DNA of 64,000 nucleotides from Macrostomum lignano (Eukaryota): NCBI GenBank assembly GCA_002269645.1, contig NIVC01000819.1, positions 62,001 to 126,000 of the forward strand, read 5' to 3'. Shown piece by piece: positions 34,336 to 42,510 of this stretch (position 1 is its first letter; each line of letters starts with the position of its first letter). The notes under the pieces were generated by a model. It saw only the letters and a program-made list of their open reading frames with translations, ran no database searches and was not told where the DNA came from. The position numbers and the translations under genes were made by a program.

Positions 34336-34737
34336 ATGACGACAAACAACTTTCTTGAAGATTTGGCTAACGAACTAGAAATCCCAAACTTTAGAGGAAT
34401 ATTTATGAGGGACACTCTGCCTGATTTTCCTCTAAGAAAGGAATGCGGCATCATGAACTTTGACACCACCGATAAGCCAGGATCTCATTGGGTTTGCTGG
34501 GTGATTGATCCCGATCGCAAGCACAAGTGTTATTACTTCGATAGCTATGGGACGGCAGTACCAGAAGAGCTAAGAAATTATATGAAGGGAAAAAATAATA
34601 AAAAAATTTATCGCTCAGACTTTATTCTCCAAGGTCTTAGCAGTGATATTTGCGGTGAGCTGTGCATGACTGTTTTGTTTGCAATGACCAAAACACGAAA
34701 GACCTACAAGGAAATTATTCGTACCTGTGTTTCATAG
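34336..34737 (+). CDS. Adenain-like (adenovirus-type) cysteine protease
   Basis: H (GSHW), D (FDSYG), Q (ILQ) and C (ICG) catalytic set. First in-frame ATG is at 34336. Confidence 0.93.
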   Translation: MTTNNFLEDLANELEIPNFRGIFMRDTLPDFPLRKECGIMNFDTTDKPGSHWVCWVIDPDRKHKCYYFDSYGTAVPEELRNYMKGKNNKKIYRSDFILQGLSSDICGELCMTVLFAMTKTRKTYKEIIRTCVS

Positions 34738-34741
34738 GGGT

Positions 34742-35467
34742 TCATTGTGCATTTCTCGTTGTCCTTACCGAATTTCTCGTTGTCCTTCTTTCCGCATAAT
34801 GTTGAAGAACTTTCTCGAGTTCATTTCTCAGCTGACTCATGTCATCAGTACCGACCATGTTCAAGTTCATTCGAATTGATTGTTCATAAAGATCCTGAAT
34901 GGTTTTGAACTCATCCTCTGAAATGAACTTATCCTCGATTGCCCTTGAAATGTACCCTATGATTGAAGTGTGCACCCCTTTCTCTTTTACTTGCTTCTCC
35001 TGTAGCTGCTTTAGTTTTTTTCGCCTGTTTCGCGCTAATGCTCCAGTAATTGCTGAAATAAGTCCACATGCAGCACCAGCAGAGCCGAGCGGGATTGCGA
35101 TTGGGGCTGTGATGACTGGCAACACTGAGACAGCTGCAGCAGACCCAGTTAGAACACACACAGATCCTAGAATCATATTGCTGTAGTCGAAAAATTTACA
35201 GTGGCTGTCATAGCGCTTAATTTTCTTTGTGTTGTGGAAAATATTTTTTTCAAGATCATCTCGCATTTTTTGAATCTCCACTAGTCGAAACTGCTGAGAG
35301 TTACAAGTAATGACGGGGTAGAGTTTTTGTTGCTCATATTGAGGTGCATTCAGATTCGGTGCATTCAGGCTTTGTGTGTTCGAATTCGGTGCCATTGGGT
35401 TTGGTGCTGTCGGTATTTTAGGTTCAACGTATTGAGACTGATCGTATAGAGAATTTTGTTGGGCCAT
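34742..35467 (-). CDS. Conserved Polinton/adintovirus accessory protein with twin hydrophobic helices (possibly the GasderminX class)
   Basis: FRLVEI...KKIKRY followed by two hydrophobic segments and ISRAIED..ISEDEF. The class name is from recall and is unverified. Confidence 0.75.
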   Translation of the reverse strand: MAQQNSLYDQSQYVEPKIPTAPNPMAPNSNTQSLNAPNLNAPQYEQQKLYPVITCNSQQFRLVEIQKMRDDLEKNIFHNTKKIKRYDSHCKFFDYSNMILGSVCVLTGSAAAVSVLPVITAPIAIPLGSAGAACGLISAITGALARNRRKKLKQLQEKQVKEKGVHTSIIGYISRAIEDKFISEDEFKTIQDLYEQSIRMNLNMVGTDDMSQLRNELEKVLQHYAERRTTRNSVRTTRNAQ

Positions 35468-35558
35468 TTTTTTCTCTAGAAAAAATAAAAAAATTACAAA
35501 ACTACCCGGTTGAAAGATCTGTTTTCTTTTTGATAATTCCATCTGCACCGCCGGTTGT

Positions 35559-36377
35559 CTAGGCGGCTCTCGTGACGCCGGAGGATCGCGAGTCCAGCAG
35601 GCAGCGGCTGGGCGGCTGACGTTTGAGAGCGTGCCGGATTACTCCGGCGGGGTCCAGAGCTCCTTCTACTCGATCTGTAGACATGACCGGACGAGCAGTA
35701 GATTCTGCTTCATCAATAGCAATATCACGAAGATTGAGTGTTCTCTCCAGACGATCAAGCCTCCTTAGTATTTTACCCCAAGAGCTATACATTCCGTTTA
35801 GATAGCTACTGTGTGATACATCCTTTCTCTTTAATGCTTCAAGTCTTTCTTTGATTCGATCATGCAACGATGTTGACTGAGTCATGAACTCTTCTAAATT
35901 CCTCACTTTACCTGTGTTGGTTGCGACGTTTTCTTTAATTCTATCATGCAACGCTGTTGACTGGTTCATGAACTCTTCTAAATTATTCACTTTAGCTGTG
36001 TTTGTGAAAACTCCTCCTTCAAGAATACGCATCCGTCTATCAGTGGAATTTCCCAGAAGATTAACTGTCGATCTTAAGCTGTTGATTTGCGAGACTGCCG
36101 AAGTTATTTCTGACCTAAGTTCATTAGTTGCGTTTAACAACGGCACATAAAGCTTATCACTTTCAAACTTCTGCCTAGCTACTTTAAGCCTGAGATCTTC
36201 CATGTTTATTTGCAACTGGTGCATGGAGCGCTCCAGGGCTTTCAGTCTGTTTTTATTCAGTTTGATCTCTGGGATCTTTTCGTCGCTGTTGATATATCGC
36301 CTGTCAAGGATGGATATCTGAGCTGATGTAAGAGCGCTGTTGCCAGAAATGGATTCACCTGCAAAGTTTATCGACAT
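35559..36377 (-). CDS. Coiled-coil protein, candidate virion fibre/spike
   Basis: Heptad-rich, with an internal duplication (TNTAKVNNLEEFMNQSTALHDRIKE / TNTGKVRNLEEFMTQSTSLHDRIKE). Confidence 0.65.
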   Translation of the reverse strand: MSINFAGESISGNSALTSAQISILDRRYINSDEKIPEIKLNKNRLKALERSMHQLQINMEDLRLKVARQKFESDKLYVPLLNATNELRSEITSAVSQINSLRSTVNLLGNSTDRRMRILEGGVFTNTAKVNNLEEFMNQSTALHDRIKENVATNTGKVRNLEEFMTQSTSLHDRIKERLEALKRKDVSHSSYLNGMYSSWGKILRRLDRLERTLNLRDIAIDEAESTARPVMSTDRVEGALDPAGVIRHALKRQPPSRCLLDSRSSGVTRAA

Positions 36378-36393
36378 CTTTTAATAGCAAATT

Positions 36394-37194
36394 TTAAATT
36401 ACAGTTCTTTTTTCTTTGCTGATAATCACAAACTGGTAAGGCTGATTCCACTTGTCATAGCAAAGATTAACGAATTCCTCTTGTGAAATCTTTCTGCTTG
36501 AGTTTTTTGTTGGATTTATAAAATAGGCAGGCGCAATGACCTCATTGTAAAATCTTTTTAGCCTATCCTGTGGAATGGTTGGAAACAGGAGAATCAGATT
36601 GCAGTTCCCACGAATTGTTTTGTTCGGGAGCTCGAACCAGTTCTGTGCAATGTAAATTACATTACAATTGTTATGTCGCCCTCTTGTAAAATAGTTTTCT
36701 ATCTGCTTCTGTGGGCCTGTCATACAATCATCAAAGACGATCAAATGCTTTCTCCCCTTTTCTAGCTCATCTGGTTGGGGTAGAAGTTTGGTCTTTGGAT
36801 CAGCCTGTGGATCTCCATAGGTGAACACTTTAATGTTCTGCCATTTTTCATTGTCTTTGAGGTGCTTTGCATATTCGGCAGCTACAATTTCTGGGTTGCT
36901 GGGAAGGATTTGTTGGTTATTAAAACATGCAATAATGTCCTCTTTGTTCAGCTTGTTTTGAAGCCCTGCAATCAGCATTCTATACTCATCTTGATACAGT
37001 GTGGGAGAGTAGATGTGCAGAGTGTCATAGTCGATAAAGCCAGGTCTAAGAAGCATGTTAAAGACTCTGAATGTTTTACCTGAACCTGATGAACCAACAA
37101 CAATGCATCTGAAGTGACTCGGGATTGACTCGTGATGAGAAAACTTAATCTGATTACGCGTCCAGTGAGGATTGAAGTCGTTTGAGAAGTCCAT
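36394..37194 (-). CDS. A32/FtsK-like genome packaging ATPase
   Basis: Walker A GSSGSGKT, Walker B LIVFDD and TRGRH...IAQ. Confidence 0.95.
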   Translation of the reverse strand: MDFSNDFNPHWTRNQIKFSHHESIPSHFRCIVVGSSGSGKTFRVFNMLLRPGFIDYDTLHIYSPTLYQDEYRMLIAGLQNKLNKEDIIACFNNQQILPSNPEIVAAEYAKHLKDNEKWQNIKVFTYGDPQADPKTKLLPQPDELEKGRKHLIVFDDCMTGPQKQIENYFTRGRHNNCNVIYIAQNWFELPNKTIRGNCNLILLFPTIPQDRLKRFYNEVIAPAYFINPTKNSSRKISQEEFVNLCYDKWNQPYQFVIISKEKRTVI

Positions 37195-37239
37195 TTTTTC
37201 TATGATTGAAAAAAAATTAAATAATAAATAATTTAGAAG

Positions 37240-37340
37240 ATGTGTCATTTCGGGACTTGAATGTGTCGTTTTGGGACTTAGATGTGTCATTTTGGGACTT
37301 AGATGTGTCATTTTGGGACTTAGATGTGTCATTTCAGGAC
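37240..37340. repeat. 21-bp tandem repeat upstream of the ATPase
   Basis: (A)TGTGTCATTTTGGGACTTAG about 4.5 times. Confidence 0.85.
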
Positions 37341-37411
37341 TAGTCTTATACTCTTACATGTCTTGTACCCTTGAAAAGTACCCTTTAGTCAAATTTGAAA
37401 CCGCTTCCCTT

Positions 37412-37762
37412 TTAAATGCTAGCTCTCATCTTCTCATAGACTGCAGGGTCCACATTGTCTGGATTTGGGGCCAGCGGAGCCAGCGGTTGAATCTCTTGTT
37501 TAGGTGTTACAGTATCCTTTATCTTTTTGGCTGCTGTGGCTACACTGCCAGCCGCTTCGGCAACGTTCTTGATGTTCTCTTTGTTCTCTCCAATGACCTT
37601 AAAAATCTTGGCCCCCTGAGCGATCAAATCGGCAAGACCGTTCCCTGAGCGTTCTTTTCTTGGATAGTGGCCTGCAGGGAAAAGTCCAGATCCGCGTTTA
37701 ATGAGATTAAGTTCCTCTTTGTCATAGTATTTGTCAATGTCTTTTTCGAAAATAAGTGGCAT
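37412..37762 (-). CDS. 116-aa Polinton accessory protein with GxG motifs and an amphipathic helix
   Basis: A-rich ATG context at 37762; KRGSG|LF and RSGNG|LADLIAQGAKIF. Confidence 0.6.
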   Translation of the reverse strand: MPLIFEKDIDKYYDKEELNLIKRGSGLFPAGHYPRKERSGNGLADLIAQGAKIFKVIGENKENIKNVAEAAGSVATAAKKIKDTVTPKQEIQPLAPLAPNPDNVDPAVYEKMRASI

Positions 37763-37778
37763 TTTTACTTGAAATAAA

Positions 37779-38990
37779 TTATTTTTTGTTGAACCGTGAA
37801 AGCAGAAGCTCTCTCGCCCTCTTATCGATGTATTTTCTCTCAAGCATTTTATTGAGGATGTGAACGAACTCTTTTCTATTCTCATCTTTCATTCCGGTCT
37901 TTGCTGCTCCTAGAAGAACCGCTACTCGCTTGTAGATTTCAGCTATTCCTTTTCCAGTTGAAGGCGGTTGGTCTTGAGGTTGTGGAGTTGGTTGGGCTTG
38001 TAGCTGCTGGGGAGGTGATGCAAAAGACTGCTCACTTTCAGAGATGGAACTGTCATGTGGCGCCTGTCTTTGTTGAGGTGTGAAAACTCTTTGCTTGATT
38101 CTGTTCATTCGATCTGGAGAGTGTTGTTCTAAGAGTTGCCAGGCATCTGGGTGATCATTTTTATATTCAGCTACTTTCAAAGGGTCTAACTGCTCGAGTT
38201 GACTAAGTACTTGTTCTTCTGTGGAATGTTGCTGCTGTTGTGGCGGTTGCTGTTGTTGTTCTAGATATTTCATCTGATCAATGACTTCCCCCTGATCTGG
38301 CAAACCAAACCATTGTTTAAAGTGCTTGTACTTTTTGAAATTAGACAGGTTGACACCGCCATCGTACATGTGTTTCAGAACTTCTGGGACCTTTAGTATT
38401 TCTATATCTCTAGCAAGAGAAAAAATCACTAGATCTCTGTAGTTCTTTAGCTGTTTGTCCGAGATTCTCTCTTGGTTCTTGGTCATAAAATTCAGTAAGG
38501 TTTCTGTGAAAGGAATGCTCTTAGTTTCCGAGCCTTTGACAACAGAAATATGTTTCTTATTTATGTCGATATAATATTCCACTGGTTCATTATAAATATT
38601 TTTTCTCCACATACTTATTCCAAATATATATTTCCCATCATGTTCTACACGCTCTACTGGTCCAAAAATGTTATCTGTCACTTTTAGTTGCTGTTGTTGT
38701 GGTTGTGGTTGTTGTGGTTGTGATTGTTGTAGTTGCGGCTGTATCTGTGGTGCTTCTGGAATTTTGCCCAAAGCCTTTTGCACCTGGGTTTCCTGTATGT
38801 CGTCGATAGTTTCTTTGACCTGATCAATATTTTTCTTAGCTTCTCCATACCCGGGTTTATGAAACTCTGTAGCTGCTTGGACAAACTCATTGTAGGATTG
38901 TTGCTCCTTATTTATTAGCCCGGTAACTCGTTTCTCTGCTTGTGCTAGCTTCTCCAATTCAGATATCTGCTGTGTACTTTTTCGCTTCAT
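37779..38990 (-). CDS. 403-aa Q/P-rich Polinton protein with conserved-type C-terminal helix
   Basis: Intact ORF. The C-terminal TGKG|I...RVAVLLGAAKTG...EF..IL..ML resembles a motif recurrent in Polinton core proteins (recall). Confidence 0.75.
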   Translation of the reverse strand: MKRKSTQQISELEKLAQAEKRVTGLINKEQQSYNEFVQAATEFHKPGYGEAKKNIDQVKETIDDIQETQVQKALGKIPEAPQIQPQLQQSQPQQPQPQQQQLKVTDNIFGPVERVEHDGKYIFGISMWRKNIYNEPVEYYIDINKKHISVVKGSETKSIPFTETLLNFMTKNQERISDKQLKNYRDLVIFSLARDIEILKVPEVLKHMYDGGVNLSNFKKYKHFKQWFGLPDQGEVIDQMKYLEQQQQPPQQQQHSTEEQVLSQLEQLDPLKVAEYKNDHPDAWQLLEQHSPDRMNRIKQRVFTPQQRQAPHDSSISESEQSFASPPQQLQAQPTPQPQDQPPSTGKGIAEIYKRVAVLLGAAKTGMKDENRKEFVHILNKMLERKYIDKRARELLLSRFNKK

Positions 38991-39021
38991 TTCTTATTTT
39001 ATTTTATTTTTAGTTAAAAAA

Positions 39022-40317
39022 ATGAACGACCCACTGACACCAGTTTTCTACAAAATTAACAAGCCTATTTTGAGTGATGATAGCACAATCAAAGCGACTC
39101 AGGTAAGAGTTCCCAGTCAGGAAAATCAGAATGAAACTAATCTTGGTCCTGGCCAAACACTGACATTCACATACAATGGATGTTCGTCTTTGGTTAGTGT
39201 GCACAGTCTAAGGAGCGGCTTCTATATGACGTATCAATTCAAAACTAAAGGAGGCGCAGACGCCGCTCATGCTAATGATGATCTACACAATGCGGATGTC
39301 GCACTAACCAGTAATTTCTGGGCTTATATGTTCAAAGAGTTTAATGTGTCCAATGGAAGTACAGAGTTGGAAAGAATAGCAAACTTTGGTGTGGTCTCTG
39401 ATACCCAGTGCTTGATTGAGAACCCGGATTTTATTCAGATGGGGAGCGGTGCTGGATTCATCCCCAATGAACAGACAGGAGATGAGAATGACCCTGGTTA
39501 CAAAAAGAGAAAGGAGAGATACAACTATGCTCTTGTTGGTGAGAACGATGCTGCTAAGAATCCGCTGTTTAGGTCTGTAGATATTTTTGTACCTTTGAGG
39601 TTTATGAGTGGTTTCTGTAATAGTTTCAATCGGTTGACAAGCAACTTTAGCTACACATTTAGACTGACTAGAGATGATCGGAATAGAGGAATTTGGTCGG
39701 GGGCCAATCATACATCGATGGAGATTAAGCTAACTGGCGTGGAGCTGTACTTAGAAATTATTGAGCCCAAGACTGCACTCAAAGCTGAATACTTGAAGGC
39801 GATTGAGAAAGACATTGATGTTGCTTATACAGCTTATATGTGCAGAGATGAGCGGAATGACGCAAGACACAATATTTGCATTAAAGAAGGCTCCTGTAGC
39901 AATCCAAGGTACATTATTGTCACTATGAGGAATACAACTAATGTAGGTAGATATCTACATGGAAACATTCGATCGATTCAACATGAGATCAGTGACAATT
40001 TATACCCTCCATTGCCACAAAATGGGAATTTCTCGGAGAACAAGATTAGTAAGTTTTACAATGAACTGTCGGACTTGGCTGTCAAAGAGAATAACGGTAT
40101 TGTTTTGACAACATTGCAGTATAAAAAACTATATCCAATATTTGGTGTTGATGTGACTGCTAGACAAATGCCTACAGACAATAGCCCTGTTAACATTGTG
40201 ACTAATATCGAGCGGAAAGAATTTGGTGCCGCAACGGCTGTTGATCTGTTTATTATCTATGCATTTGAGAGGAAGATCAAGGTCAATATGATAAATAACT
40301 CGTCTAGTAAAGTTTGA
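39022..40317 (+). CDS. Major capsid protein (double jelly-roll, hexon-like)
   Basis: 431 aa, beta-strand rich, placed before the minor capsid gene. It has Polinton MCP-like segments (PLRFMSGFC, NPRYIIV, YPIFGVD). Confidence 0.85.
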   Translation: MNDPLTPVFYKINKPILSDDSTIKATQVRVPSQENQNETNLGPGQTLTFTYNGCSSLVSVHSLRSGFYMTYQFKTKGGADAAHANDDLHNADVALTSNFWAYMFKEFNVSNGSTELERIANFGVVSDTQCLIENPDFIQMGSGAGFIPNEQTGDENDPGYKKRKERYNYALVGENDAAKNPLFRSVDIFVPLRFMSGFCNSFNRLTSNFSYTFRLTRDDRNRGIWSGANHTSMEIKLTGVELYLEIIEPKTALKAEYLKAIEKDIDVAYTAYMCRDERNDARHNICIKEGSCSNPRYIIVTMRNTTNVGRYLHGNIRSIQHEISDNLYPPLPQNGNFSENKISKFYNELSDLAVKENNGIVLTTLQYKKLYPIFGVDVTARQMPTDNSPVNIVTNIERKEFGAATAVDLFIIYAFERKIKVNMINNSSSKV

Positions 40318-40339
40318 ATAATTTTTTTTCAATAAAAAA

Positions 40340-41197
40340 ATGGAAGCCATAGCCGAAAGACTAAACAACATTGTTTCACACTCTAAGGAGAGCATTCCAA
40401 TCACTGTAGCGGGTCGCATTACTGAGTCAAACGGAATCTTCATTCAAAAATTGGAGCAACCACTTCGTTTGGATCCCGAGGCGAATTACCACGTCTATCT
40501 CAATGATTTCACTGGGTGGTCAAATGTTCCCAATGTGACAGCGGAAAATAACAAGTTTTATTACAAATGGAAGCGTACTACAACAGAGGTTGTGATATTT
40601 CCTGTCAGCACACAGAGCGTGGATACTTATAATTACTTCTTGGAGAACGTCTTCACTAAACGAAAGCATTTTGAGATACCGGATGAAAGCAAACCAGAAA
40701 ATAAACTGTTCCCTGTTAGATTAACTTATGATCTAACTGTCATGAGAGTTATCTTGCAAGTTCATAAGGACGCAGAGGTAGAGTTTAAAGATGGCACTTG
40801 GTATCGCGAGTTGGGATTTGAAAAGAGAGTTTATGGTGGCGCCACAGACCAAAGCCCGCTGCAGGCGCCTGGCACTGTTGCTGTGTCCCGGCTAATATCC
40901 GGTATGTACTTGGCGCCAAATATCGCTGACATTGTCAAAGGTTTGAATATATTAATTCGTAGCAATCTGAGCCATGATTGGATATTCAAAGGCAAACGAA
41001 CCAACATACTTTTTAACATTTCAAACTCTGTTGCTGGTGGCAAAATGCTTGTGCAAAAGCCAAACCCCGTGAAAAGAGTGATTCTGAGTAATAGAGAGAT
41101 ACATGAAATCGTTCTGCAGTTTGAAACAGAGGATGGAGTTGGTGTCGATTTTAACGGGGAAGAGTTTGTGCTAACAATTATTATTGAGAGAATGTGA
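40340..41197 (+). CDS. Minor capsid protein (penton-like)
   Basis: 285 aa directly after MCP. The C-terminal I.EI.LQF.TEDG..VDFNGE...L.I pattern is typical of Polinton mCP. Confidence 0.8.
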   Translation: MEAIAERLNNIVSHSKESIPITVAGRITESNGIFIQKLEQPLRLDPEANYHVYLNDFTGWSNVPNVTAENNKFYYKWKRTTTEVVIFPVSTQSVDTYNYFLENVFTKRKHFEIPDESKPENKLFPVRLTYDLTVMRVILQVHKDAEVEFKDGTWYRELGFEKRVYGGATDQSPLQAPGTVAVSRLISGMYLAPNIADIVKGLNILIRSNLSHDWIFKGKRTNILFNISNSVAGGKMLVQKPNPVKRVILSNREIHEIVLQFETEDGVGVDFNGEEFVLTIIIERM

Positions 41198-41258
41198 GTC
41201 GTCTTCAGACTTGTAAAATTACGATATAAGCCGCCAGGTACAACCGTGTAGTTGGCTA

Positions 41259-41522
41259 CTACAACTGCCTTATAACTTCAGCAAAGTTATAATAGCTGTC
41301 AAAATTGTTAATGACTACTCCGTGTTTTTCAAACCAGTGAGATTTAAGTGCTTGATTAATATTAGGGACATTGATATCAACGTCGGGCCAATATTTTCTC
41401 ATGTACTCGCTGCATTCAAGTTTGCATCGGTACTTGGATTTGTAATTAGGCTCGTGCGTTTTGTAATAAGAACCTGGAGAGACAACTGGAAACATTTTTA
41501 TTGAGAATTTAGATTTTTTCAA
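41259..41522 (-). CDS. Small TIR-associated ORF (copy B right end), convergent with mCP
   Basis: 87 aa, homologous to 9185-9502 and to the Crypton-split copy at 23210-23363 plus 25573-25684. Confidence 0.6.
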   Translation of the reverse strand: MKKSKFSIKMFPVVSPGSYYKTHEPNYKSKYRCKLECSEYMRKYWPDVDINVPNINQALKSHWFEKHGVVINNFDSYYNFAEVIRQL

Positions 41523-41867
41523 AGGGTGAGGACCCTGCGCTGATGATTTAAAGTCTTAGGGATGTGGTAGCACGTTGCGGATTGAATGTGGGCCCCATGG
41601 GGAGAAGAATGCAGATTATTTTCTGATTGTTTTAGAAATGTTATGGGTGGATGTCAGTGTCAGTGAACATAACAGGTATCAGTGGACACCTGCTCTGATT
41701 CTGTCAGGGATAATATGGATGGATTTAATGGGATTATGGAGGACGTTTTGTGAGCGAGTGCGACCCCCCTTTTTTTCTGATTCTGTCGGGGATAATATGG
41801 ATGGATTTAGGTGGATTATGGAGGACGTGAAAAATTTTGTCCCAGAAGCCCCCTCATGCCTTCTACT
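41384..41867 (-). repeat. Right TIR of copy B
   Basis: Reverse complement of 22865-23348. Confidence 0.95.
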
Positions 41868-42038
41868 CTCTAATAAGGAAGACCCAGTTGCATAGGCTCG
41901 ACCTTACATTAGGAATTGTTATCGTACTCGAACAGGCATGCAGAGATGCTTACTCTGTCTTCTCAATTTCATTTTTAGTGTTAGGTGGATTCCTGCGACT
42001 TCCTACTAACAAGTAGGCAGGCAGGAACGACATCTCAC

Positions 42039-42510
42039 CTGATTTGCAGCCGATACCGTAGCAGCATTGCTGCCGCTGTTGTTTGAGCCCGCAGCAGCGC
42101 CAAGCAGGCGCCGGACTTCCTCGCTAGTGGCCAAGTCCAGCGGCGACTTGCCGGCCGAATTCAAGACCGTCGGCTGGGCGCCGGCGTCGAGCAGGCAGCG
42201 CACCGAGTCGCAGTCGCCGCGCATGGCGCTGAGGTGCAGGGCGGTGTGACCGCCGACGCTCACGGCAGTCAAGTTGGCGCCGCTGCTCACCAGCAGGCGC
42301 ACGGCAGTCGAGTTGCCATGCAGAGCGGCTTTGATCAATGGCGAGTGCCCGGTATCCGGCTCGCTAGTTGACTGAAGCTCAGCCTGGGGTGTCTCGAGCA
42401 GCAGATTGCGGAGCCGATCAGCCTGGCTGGCATCGGCGGCGAGGCTCAGCAGCAGCTGCGGCGCCGCGGGCTGCTCAGCTGGAAGAGGCGCTGAACTGGT
42501 TCGCCACCTG
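42039..42510 (-). CDS. Ankyrin-repeat exon of a multi-exon host gene
   Basis: GHSPLIKAALHGN...GHTALHLSAMRGD...GKSPLDLA, with a CAG|GTGAGA donor at 42038. Confidence 0.85.

Larger units (their letters stand above)
22865..41867 (+). mobile_element. Complete Polinton/Maverick (adintovirus-like) element, copy B, 19,003 bp
   Basis: AGTAGA...TCTACT termini. TIRs 22865-23348 and 41384-41867 are near-identical (at least one mismatch). TSD CTCTAA at 22859-22864 and 41868-41873. It encodes pPolB, INT, ATPase, PRO, MCP and mCP. Confidence 0.97.
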
